Positions 56,342 through 64,000 of a stretch of 64,000 nt of DNA are shown here, in pieces. Origin of the DNA: Gemmatimonadales bacterium (GTDB lineage Bacteria; Gemmatimonadota; Gemmatimonadetes; Gemmatimonadales; GWC2-71-9); the NCBI GenBank assembly GCA_041577295.1, contig JBFGJG010000019.1, positions 4,420 through 68,419 on the forward strand, read 5' to 3'. The notes beneath the pieces were generated by a model. It searched no databases. It saw only the letters and a program-made list of their open reading frames with translations, and had not been told where the DNA came from. Positions within the stretch are counted from its first letter, which is position 1, and the number at the start of each line of letters is the position of its first letter. A program made the position numbers and the translations under genes.

Positions 56342-58033
56342 ATGCGTACTGGGTTACTCGTCATAATGCTCGTCGGTGTCCTCGGGATCGCGCTCGGGGC
56401 ATGGGAGCGACCGGTCGCGGAGCCTGCGCTACATCTGTCGAGCGATCGTGGTCACTCCCTCGACGCGGCGGAGCTAATCGCAGAGCTCGGCTGTGCTGCG
56501 TGCCACGCGGGCGTGTCCCACGTCTCGACCATCAGGCGGCGCGCGCCCCGCTTGCAGGATGCCGGCCTGCGGTACCGACCTTCCTACGTCTTCGACTTCC
56601 TGCAGAATCCGACCCGTGTTCGCCGCCACATCGGACGCTCTCGGATGCCGGGATTCCATCTCGATGAAGCCGAGAGCGTGGCGCTCACGCTGCATCTCGA
56701 GACCCGCACGCAGGCAATGGCTCCAGACGTACCGGATCCGACAAGCGATCGTGACAACGCCCAGCGAGGGGAGCAGCTGATCGGAGAACTCGGCTGCACA
56801 GGGTGCCACACGTTGGGTAGCGAGGGAGTTGGAACGGCGCTCGAGCTCACAAACGTTGGCAAACGGGTTCAGGGCCCCTGGCTCAGACGCTTCCTCACTG
56901 ATCCAACCGCGTTTGATTCGGCGACGCCGATGCCCGCGATCTTTTTCGAGCGGGCGGCGAGGGGGGTCTACGAGCCGCGCACACCGGGTGGAGCGGCACT
57001 GCTCGAGTCGGTGAGTGAGTTTCTCGATCAGACGAGCAGCGACGAGCGTCGCGCGCTCGAACGCGCGTACGAGGCAGCCAAGCGGCGCCATCCGCGTGCG
57101 ACCGCCGAGGTGGGTGAGCGCATGTACGGAGCGCTCGGCTGTGCGGAGTGTCACGAGGCAGGTGCTGCTCCCATCCCAGCCAACGCTCCCGATCTGGCCG
57201 CTGTTGGATCACGAGTGCGTGCCGATTGGCTCCGCGCATACCTCACCGCACCGCATGTCATCCGTCCCTTTGGCTTCATCCCGGGCACTGGAAGCCGTAT
57301 GCCGGACTTCCGCTTGAGCGCGGACGAGGCAGCCTCGATCACCGCGTTTCTCACCGCGAACAGCGGCGCGCCCACCCGCGAACCCCCCGCGCTCAGCGCG
57401 TTCGCCCGGCACAAAGCGGAGCGCCTCCTCTCGGATCGACTCTCCTGCCTCGGTTGTCATCGACTCGACGGCGAGGGCGGACGTATCGGGCCCGATCTCT
57501 CCACGGTGTCCACCCGGCTGCGGCCGGAATACCTGGCGGCTGTGATTCGCGACCCGACTCGGGTGCTGCCAAACAGTGTGATGCCGGTCGTCCCGATGCC
57601 GCGCGGCCAACTCGATCTGCTGGCTACCTATCTAGCCACTCGCACGCCGACCGAAGTCCCCTCTGCCGAGTACCTATCGCTGGTGGAGAACGAGCCGCAG
57701 CCCATCATGTTCCAGGACACCGGTCCCGCTCTGTACAAACGGTATTGCGCGATGTGTCATGGGACGTTGGGGCAGGGCGACGGCTACAACGCTCCCTTTT
57801 TGCCCGTGAGCCCAACGCGTCACGCCGACAGCAGCTACATGGCGAGCCGGCCGGACGATACGCTTTATGACGGGATTCACGCCGGCGGGTACATCCTCAA
57901 CCGGGATCGTCGGATGCCGGGATTTGGACACACGCTGTCGACAGGCCATCTCGATAGTCTCGTGGGTTATCTCCGCGAACTCTGTCGCTGTAGCGGCCCT
58001 GTGTGGTCCCGCGATGGCGTTGTGAGTCGGTGA
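56342..58033 (+). CDS. Penta-heme c-type cytochrome (tandem monoheme domains)
   Basis: CAACH, CTGCH, CAECH, CLGCH and CAMCH, each followed by a distal MP; N-terminal signal/anchor. Confidence 0.92.
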   Translation: MRTGLLVIMLVGVLGIALGAWERPVAEPALHLSSDRGHSLDAAELIAELGCAACHAGVSHVSTIRRRAPRLQDAGLRYRPSYVFDFLQNPTRVRRHIGRSRMPGFHLDEAESVALTLHLETRTQAMAPDVPDPTSDRDNAQRGEQLIGELGCTGCHTLGSEGVGTALELTNVGKRVQGPWLRRFLTDPTAFDSATPMPAIFFERAARGVYEPRTPGGAALLESVSEFLDQTSSDERRALERAYEAAKRRHPRATAEVGERMYGALGCAECHEAGAAPIPANAPDLAAVGSRVRADWLRAYLTAPHVIRPFGFIPGTGSRMPDFRLSADEAASITAFLTANSGAPTREPPALSAFARHKAERLLSDRLSCLGCHRLDGEGGRIGPDLSTVSTRLRPEYLAAVIRDPTRVLPNSVMPVVPMPRGQLDLLATYLATRTPTEVPSAEYLSLVENEPQPIMFQDTGPALYKRYCAMCHGTLGQGDGYNAPFLPVSPTRHADSSYMASRPDDTLYDGIHAGGYILNRDRRMPGFGHTLSTGHLDSLVGYLRELCRCSGPVWSRDGVVSR

Positions 58034-58037
58034 CCGC

Positions 58038-60404
58038 GTGATGGCGCGCAAGAAAAGACGTTCCCGGCCGGCGGCGCCGAGGCCGCGCCCCGCGAAAAAC
58101 GCTGCGGCACCATCGCGCGAGCACCGACCGGTGCGACGCCTCGTAGGTATCGCGCTGTTCGCGGGCGTTGTGTTGGCAGGTGGCATTGCCGTATGGCTTG
58201 GGTTCGAGCGCGGTGCGGGCGAACTCGCGGCCTTTCCATCACACGTGGAAGCAGGAGGGACCGAGCCAGTTGTTGTGCCAGCAGACTTCGTTGGGGCAGA
58301 GGCGTGTCGCGAATGTCACGCACCGCAATACGCAGCGTGGCAGGGATCGACGCACGGCCGTGCGGGCGACGAGCCGGATCGCCAGACCGTGATCGCACCG
58401 TTCGGACGTCAACCCATTCGCTTTCGTGACGCCGTTGTGATCCCGGCGCGAACCGCCCTGGGGGAATACACGTTTACCGTCCAGCGAAGCGGCCGCGATC
58501 CCGTGGTCTATCGAGTGGATGGCGTGATCGGTGGAGGACACATGGTGGGTGGTGGTACCCAGGGATTCGTCTCGCGCATGCCGGACGGGACCGTGCGATT
58601 CCTCCCGTTCGATTTCGTGAGGCGCGAGGGGGAGTGGTTCTGCAACACCAACACGCGGGTGGATCGCGGTTGGGTCCCCATCACGCCGGACCTCGCGTTG
58701 GCAGACTGCGGAGACTGGCCTCCGGTACGCGTGTTGGGCACCACGCCGCGGTTCGCGAACTGCCAGGACTGTCATGGAAGTCAGATCCTGGTCGAGTTTG
58801 ACAAGGACGCGAAGGAGTACGAGACGAACATCCAGAGTCTGGGCGTGAACTGCGAGTCTTGTCACGGCCCAGGTCGCAGCCACGTGTCGCGAGCTCGGGG
58901 TGGCCAGCTCGGTGACGCCAATGACATCGCCATTCGCGCGCTGGGTACCCTCGACAAGGACCAGTCACTCGCCGTCTGCTTCCAATGCCATGCGCTCAAG
59001 GAGCCGCTCGAGCAAGGCTATCTACCGGGGAAACAGTTCGAGGCGTTCTACTCGCTCAAGCTCCCGTTGGTTGGCGAGCGGCCGCTCTTTCCCGACGGCA
59101 GGGTCCGTACCTTCGCCTACCAGGAGAATCATCTGTACAGCGATTGCTATCTCAATGGCTCGATGACGTGTGTGGACTGTCACGACCCCCACGGTCAGCA
59201 CTACCGCGATATCTACGGTCGCGTTTTGGATGGCCGCTTCGACGATGGTCAGTGCGTGGACTGTCATGCCAGCAAAGCCCGGGACCTCGAAGCGCACACG
59301 AAGCACGCGCCAGGCTCGGCTGGCAGCCGGTGTGTCGCCTGCCACATGCCCTATCTCCAACATCCGGAAGTGGGAGATGGCGTCCGGTTCACGAGGTCCG
59401 ATCACACGATCCCCATTCCCCGGCCGGCGTTCGACACCGCGTTGGGCATCGAGACCGCGTGTTCCCAGTGTCACGGGGACCGCAGCGTCGAGGAACTGGA
59501 CCGGCAGGTCATGACGTGGTACGGAACGCTCAAGCCGCATAAGCCCATCGTTGCCGACCTCGTGGCGAGCACCGGCTCGCTTCATCCCGATGCCCAGCAC
59601 CCGATGGCGCAAGTTGCCGAGCTGAACACCTTGTTGACAGAGCGCCTCCGTCCCAACACGCCCACGGAGCCGCAGATACTGGAACGGCTCGAGCAGTTGT
59701 CGGAGGATCCCGATCTTGATGTTCGCTCGGTAGCCCTCGCTGCCCTGCATTTGGCGTTTGGCGACGACCGCGGTGTGCGACGGTCGCTCGTGCGGCGCAT
59801 GGAAGACCTTGGGGAGATGGACGGGCTGGTCCGCCGCCGTTGGGCTGTGGTGTTGGGCTTCGTGGCGGATCGTTACCGTGAGCGAGGCGATCTCGTGGCT
59901 GCGATTACGGTGTATCGCAAGGGCCTCGAGGTGCTACCACGTCACGGCGGGTTGCTCCTCAATCTCGCGGGAGCGTACGCGGCCGCTCAGGACCACACCA
60001 ACGCATTGGAGTATTACTCGCGGGCATTAGATGCGCATGATGATCGTGCGCTGGTGCTCGTGAACATGGGGGTCCTGTTGGAACGCCTCGATCGCACAGC
60101 AGAGGCCGTGACTGCGTACCGGCAAGCCGTCGAGATCAACCCTACCGAGCCCCTGGCGCACTTCAACTTAGGGAACCACCACCTTCGCCGTGAGGAGTTG
60201 GCCGAAGCCATCTCGGCGTATCAGCGTGCAGTGACCTACGATCCAGGACTGGCTCGAGCCCACTTCTATTTGGCGAGGGCGTACATCCTCACCAACCGTC
60301 TCGCTCCAGCCCTCGAGGCCGCGCGGCTTGCCCTCGAGTTCGAACCCGACAACCAGGGTGCGCGGAACATGATCCGCGACCTCGAGGCCGCGCTGGCGCC
60401 GTAA
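58038..60404 (+). CDS. Octa-heme c-type cytochrome with HEAT/TPR C-terminus
   Basis: Eight CxxCH motifs (CRECH, CQDCH, CESCH, CFQCH, CVDCH x2, CVACH, CSQCH); N-terminal TM; about 5 TPRs. Confidence 0.92.
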   Translation: MMARKKRRSRPAAPRPRPAKNAAAPSREHRPVRRLVGIALFAGVVLAGGIAVWLGFERGAGELAAFPSHVEAGGTEPVVVPADFVGAEACRECHAPQYAAWQGSTHGRAGDEPDRQTVIAPFGRQPIRFRDAVVIPARTALGEYTFTVQRSGRDPVVYRVDGVIGGGHMVGGGTQGFVSRMPDGTVRFLPFDFVRREGEWFCNTNTRVDRGWVPITPDLALADCGDWPPVRVLGTTPRFANCQDCHGSQILVEFDKDAKEYETNIQSLGVNCESCHGPGRSHVSRARGGQLGDANDIAIRALGTLDKDQSLAVCFQCHALKEPLEQGYLPGKQFEAFYSLKLPLVGERPLFPDGRVRTFAYQENHLYSDCYLNGSMTCVDCHDPHGQHYRDIYGRVLDGRFDDGQCVDCHASKARDLEAHTKHAPGSAGSRCVACHMPYLQHPEVGDGVRFTRSDHTIPIPRPAFDTALGIETACSQCHGDRSVEELDRQVMTWYGTLKPHKPIVADLVASTGSLHPDAQHPMAQVAELNTLLTERLRPNTPTEPQILERLEQLSEDPDLDVRSVALAALHLAFGDDRGVRRSLVRRMEDLGEMDGLVRRRWAVVLGFVADRYRERGDLVAAITVYRKGLEVLPRHGGLLLNLAGAYAAAQDHTNALEYYSRALDAHDDRALVLVNMGVLLERLDRTAEAVTAYRQAVEINPTEPLAHFNLGNHHLRREELAEAISAYQRAVTYDPGLARAHFYLARAYILTNRLAPALEAARLALEFEPDNQGARNMIRDLEAALAP

Positions 60405-60417
60405 GCGTCGCACGACC

Positions 60418-60834
60418 TCACTTGAGCACGAGCACGGCGCACGGTGCAACGATCGCCACCTGGTGGCTGATAGTGAGAAATCCTTTGGTCGTGTCGTCTG
60501 GATCGACCCGGTGCGAGGTGATCACGATGAGGTCGCTTTGCTGTTCTTCGCTGAAAAAGACGATCTCGGGAGCCCGCTTGCCGTAGCGGATCTGGAACTT
60601 GTGAACGACGCCGAGGGACCTGAGGGGCTTGGCCAGGGCGGTCATACGGGTCTGGGCGTTTTCCTCTAACCGTCGATAGAAGTCCTCCAACTCCTCGAAC
60701 GGTGCGTCGAGGGTTTCGATGACGTGCAGGACGGTGATCTCACCTCCTCCGTGGCGGGCCAGCTCACCGGCGACCTCGATGGCGCGGACATTCTTTTCGG
60801 TGAGGTCGACAGGGACGACAATTCTCTGAAACAT
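60418..60834 (-). CDS. Universal stress protein
   Basis: MFQRIVVPVD, LHVIE, DLIV and APC-x-VLVLK. Confidence 0.93.
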   Translation of the reverse strand: MFQRIVVPVDLTEKNVRAIEVAGELARHGGGEITVLHVIETLDAPFEELEDFYRRLEENAQTRMTALAKPLRSLGVVHKFQIRYGKRAPEIVFFSEEQQSDLIVITSHRVDPDDTTKGFLTISHQVAIVAPCAVLVLK

Positions 60835-60955
60835 GAAGGACTCCGGTCTTCGCGGTTGACGGTGGTGGCGGGCCGCCGTGTGGCGAGCTAGAATCACCCC
60901 GAAATGGGTCTTTGGCTCCTGAGCCACGCCCCAGCATGTGCAGCGAGGAGCGGTC

Positions 60956-61321
60956 ATGCCGGTAACCAAAATCCATCTCCGCCAAAAGCTGTCCGAATTC
61001 ACCGATCATTGGAAGCCACGGATCGTCGGGGAGCTCAACGGACAGCAGGTGAGGCTCGCGAAGCTGTTGGGCGAGTTCGTCTGGCACCACCACGAAGCGG
61101 AGGACGAGTTCTTCCTCGTGCTCCACGGCCGGCTTCGCATCGCCTTTCGCGATGGAGAGGTCACGCTGGAACCGGGGGAGTGCTGCATCGTGCCACGAGG
61201 GATGGAGCACAAGCCCATAGCCGACGAGGAGGTGCACGTGTTGCTGTTCGAACCAGCCTCCACGCTCAACACCGGCAACCTACGGAACGAACGCACCGTC
61301 GAACAACTCGAACGGCTGTAG
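60956..61321 (+). CDS. Cupin domain protein (mannose-6-phosphate isomerase-like)
   Basis: GEFVWH-x-H-x-x-EDE-x-F and VP-x-G-x-EHKP; GAGGAG RBS. Confidence 0.93.
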   Translation: MPVTKIHLRQKLSEFTDHWKPRIVGELNGQQVRLAKLLGEFVWHHHEAEDEFFLVLHGRLRIAFRDGEVTLEPGECCIVPRGMEHKPIADEEVHVLLFEPASTLNTGNLRNERTVEQLERL

Positions 61322-61385
61322 CCGATACCCGGACGCTTCGCCGTGCCGTCGTGCGACGGGGTGATGGATGGAACGAGGAGCTGAG

Positions 61386-61736
61386 ATGCCCGAAGCCCTC
61401 AACGAAAAAGTTAGCAAGCTCAAGGCGGCGCTAGAAACGATCGAGCGTGAGGTCATCGTTGGGTCGGCCACCGCCGACACGCTCGAGGAATTCAAGATGG
61501 CGATCGACCACATCCGCATTAGCGTGTGGGCGATTCTGACCGAACAGCATGCCGGAGGGCATCAGTCCATCGTCGCGCGCTATCGTGTGAAACGGATCAA
61601 GGAGATGTGTCGGCACCTGATGCAGGATATCGAGGTGGGCTTGATTCCGCTTGGCGACCCCGAGTTGGAGGTGCTCAGAGACGTGCTCGAGGAAACGGCA
61701 GCGCACGTGACCCGCCTGATCGAAGCAGTCGAGTAA
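61386..61736 (+). CDS. Hypothetical helical protein (116 aa)
   Basis: GAGGAG RBS before ATG 61386; amphipathic helical pattern. Confidence 0.7.
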   Translation: MPEALNEKVSKLKAALETIEREVIVGSATADTLEEFKMAIDHIRISVWAILTEQHAGGHQSIVARYRVKRIKEMCRHLMQDIEVGLIPLGDPELEVLRDVLEETAAHVTRLIEAVE

Positions 61737-62929
61737 ACCCGCTGCTCAGGAAGACTCCGTTCCATTCTCGCACTGCCGCGCTCTGCGACAGCCAGAATTG
61801 GCGTCGCTGGGCGGGATACTTGGCCGCCAGTTCGTACGAGCTGGTCCACGACCGCGAGTATCATGCGATCCGCAGTGCGGCAGCGCTGTTCGATATCACA
61901 CCGCTTTATAAGTACGAGATCACCGGGCCCGATGCCGTGCGGCTGCTCGATCGCGTGATGACGCGGGACGTGACGAAGTGTAAGGTCGGACAAATGATGT
62001 ACACGCCGTGGTGCGACAGCCACGGCAAGGTGATGGACGACGGCACCATCGCGCGGCTGGACGACAACTTGTTCCGCATGACGGCGGCGGATCCGAATCT
62101 GCGGTGGTTGCACACCAACGCTGCGGGACTCTCCGTGGCGATTGCGGACGTCTCGGAGGCGCTCGCTGCGCTCTCCCTCCAGGGACCCCACTCGCGGGCC
62201 ATCTTGGAGCGACTCACCGAGGCCGATCTCCAGAACCTCAAGTTCTTTCGCCTCACCTCCGCCGCAGCACGGGGCCTACCGATCACGATCTCCCGCAGCG
62301 GGTACACGGGCGATCTCGGGTTCGAGATCTGGGTGAAGAACGAGCATGCCCTGGCGTTGTGGGATGCCCTCATCGACGTCGGAACTCCCTTCGGGCTCAC
62401 GCCAGCGGGGCTCCTGGCGCTCGACATGGCCCGCATCGAAGCGGGCCTGCTGCTCATCGATGTCGACTATGTTTCGTCACGCCGTGCGCTCATCGAGATG
62501 CAGAAGTCGACCCCGTTTGAACTCAACCTTGGCTGGACTGTCCGGTTGGACAAGGGACCATTTGTTGGGAAACGGGCGCTGATGGCCGAAGCTGCGCGAG
62601 GACCGGCCTGGCAGCTGGTGGGGGTCGACGTCGATTGGGACTCTTTGGAACAGCTATATCTGGAGGTGGGGTTGGCCCCACGACTCCCAACCGCTGCCTG
62701 GCGGACCAGCGTTCCCGTGTATGCCCAAGGTGGTCAGGTGGGCTATGCCACGAGCGGTTTGTGGTCACCGATCCTCAAGAAGTACGTGGCGCTGGCACAC
62801 GTTGAGGCCCCGTTTGCGGCGCCCGGGACGAGACTGGAGATTGAGATGACCATCGAACACCGCAGGCGGCGAGCGCTTGCGCACGTCCGTACGACCCCGT
62901 TCTTCGATCCGGAACGGAAGCGCGCCTGA
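61733..62929 (+). CDS. Aminomethyltransferase (GcvT-like) family protein; no canonical start codon at the expected position
   Basis: KTPFH, EY-x-AIR, FD-x-x-PL-x-K, DDGT, QGP-x-S, SR-x-GYTGDLGFEIW, RIEAG and PFFDP. Confidence 0.9.
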   Translation, partial: VNPLLRKTPFHSRTAALCDSQNWRRWAGYLAASSYELVHDREYHAIRSAAALFDITPLYKYEITGPDAVRLLDRVMTRDVTKCKVGQMMYTPWCDSHGKVMDDGTIARLDDNLFRMTAADPNLRWLHTNAAGLSVAIADVSEALAALSLQGPHSRAILERLTEADLQNLKFFRLTSAAARGLPITISRSGYTGDLGFEIWVKNEHALALWDALIDVGTPFGLTPAGLLALDMARIEAGLLLIDVDYVSSRRALIEMQKSTPFELNLGWTVRLDKGPFVGKRALMAEAARGPAWQLVGVDVDWDSLEQLYLEVGLAPRLPTAAWRTSVPVYAQGGQVGYATSGLWSPILKKYVALAHVEAPFAAPGTRLEIEMTIEHRRRRALAHVRTTPFFDPERKRA

Positions 62930-63022
62930 GGCGTGAGCGGGATCACGGCGATCCCGGGCCTGATTCCACCTCTTATCTGCAGTGATTCTCAACCACGTGC
63001 TCCTGACGATGAAAGCGATGCT

Positions 63023-64000
63023 ATGATCGTTACGATCCGCCAGCTCCGAACGTCCGTGTGCCTGTGCCTAGGTGTCGCTTTCTTCGCATGTAACGGCGAT
63101 GGAACGGGTCCGCTTCCAATAACGATTGGACCCGACGGTGGGGTACTGACCTTTGCCAACGGCAACGTGACGCTCGTGTTCCCCTCTGGTGCGGTGGCGG
63201 AGGAGACGGTCGTCGATGTGGTCCCTACGACCAGCTTCCCAAATAATCCCACGCTCGTGACCGGAACCGCGTTCGACTTTCGACCAGATGGACTTCAGTT
63301 TTTGTCGCCGGTGGCGCTCACCATTCGATACGAAGATGCCAACGTGCCTACCGGGGTGAACGAGGGCGACCTTCGTCTGTTTCGTGCCGCTGGAAATACC
63401 TGGAATCAGGTATCCGGCAGCAATCCCAACACCAGTGAGAATGTGGTGACCGGGCCGATTACCAGCTTCAGTGTGTACGCCGTACTCGCCACCGAAACGA
63501 ATGCGCCCGTGGCGTCCGTCACTGTAATTCCGGCTACCGCGTCGGTCGAGGTGAACGGCATTGTCCAGCTGACAGCCGAGCTTCGGGACACGCAAGGGAA
63601 CCTGCTGGAGGGGCGGGAGATCGCCTGGTCTAGTGAGACACCGGATTTCGCCTCGGTAGACGAGGACGGGCTCGTGACAGGCCGCGCAGCGGGCACCACC
63701 ATGATTACGGCCACCAGTGAAGGGCAGAGCGGCAGCGCGGAGCTCACAGTGTCAGGTGTAACGACGGCCATCGCGCTGGCGCCAATTGTCGACGGGCTGG
63801 CCAACCCAGTGTACCTGACGGCACCCCCGGGGGACAACGATCGAGTCTTCATTGTCGAGAAGGGTGGGGTGATTTCCATCGTGAAGGACGGGCAGCAGCT
63901 TGCAGAGCCGTTCCTCGACATCTCGAACCTCGTCTCAAACGGATCCGAGCAGGGGCTGCTTTCGATGGCGTTCCATCCGGCCTACGCCGAAAACGGACGG
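63023..64000 (+). CDS. Lipoprotein with ZU5-like, Big_2 Ig-like and glucose/sorbosone (PQQ) dehydrogenase domains (partial)
   Basis: Not in the ORF track (no stop). My translation from ATG 63023: FFA|C, IGPDGG...FP-x-GAV...PDGLQF-x-x-PV-x-LTI-x-Y, VASVTV-x-P...WSS...G-x-VTG, and GL-x-x-P...PGD-x-x-RVFIVEK-x-G...EQGLLSMAFHP. Confidence 0.88.
   Translation, partial: MIVTIRQLRTSVCLCLGVAFFACNGDGTGPLPITIGPDGGVLTFANGNVTLVFPSGAVAEETVVDVVPTTSFPNNPTLVTGTAFDFRPDGLQFLSPVALTIRYEDANVPTGVNEGDLRLFRAAGNTWNQVSGSNPNTSENVVTGPITSFSVYAVLATETNAPVASVTVIPATASVEVNGIVQLTAELRDTQGNLLEGREIAWSSETPDFASVDEDGLVTGRAAGTTMITATSEGQSGSAELTVSGVTTAIALAPIVDGLANPVYLTAPPGDNDRVFIVEKGGVISIVKDGQQLAEPFLDISNLVSNGSEQGLLSMAFHPAYAENGR

Noticed and set aside
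61526-62929. Assigning gcvT and the ORF-track start at 61526
   Set aside because: No gcvH/gcvP nearby, and that start overlaps the upstream gene by 211 nt with non-homologous-looking sequence.
6023-63921. Numerous long alternative-frame and antisense ORFs in the track
   Set aside because: Expected in high-GC DNA; they overlap motif-supported genes and have Arg/Pro/Ala-skewed composition.

Overview
A GC-rich (roughly 65% by eye), gene-dense bacterial chromosomal segment. Gene content and protein style suggest Gemmatimonadota, which is an inference. I found no rRNA, tRNA, CRISPR array, transposase or phage genes. Main blocks: (i) 1-4.2 kb: an Rrf2-led heme-copper oxidase-superfamily operon whose subunit I has H-S-S-Q-Q in place of the H-P-x-V-Y cross-link motif. 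This points to an eNOR-type nitric oxide reductase, with a CuA subunit II, two small membrane subunits, an SCO protein and a divergent cytochrome b-like gene. (ii) 4-23 kb: mixed accessory and envelope genes, including a LytTR pseudogene and a 66-aa lipoprotein with an inhibitor-cystine-knot-like Cys pattern. (iii) 23-38 kb: a cluster of Tat/Sec-exported amino-acid and peptide-modifying enzymes. (iv) 38-42.6 kb: a compact regulatory circuit of a two-component sigma-54 activator, a palindromic upstream site, a -24/-12 promoter and a c-di-GMP-I (GEMM) riboswitch. It drives an uncharacterised lipoprotein, followed by a stand-alone GAF protein. (v) 42.6-64 kb: peptidases, a GMC oxidoreductase pair, an M6 protease operon, a ThDP enzyme, a penta-heme/octa-heme cytochrome pair, USP, cupin, a GcvT-like gene with no canonical start codon, and a partial ZU5/Ig/GSDH lipoprotein. 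All family calls come from motif recognition by eye; no database searches were run.
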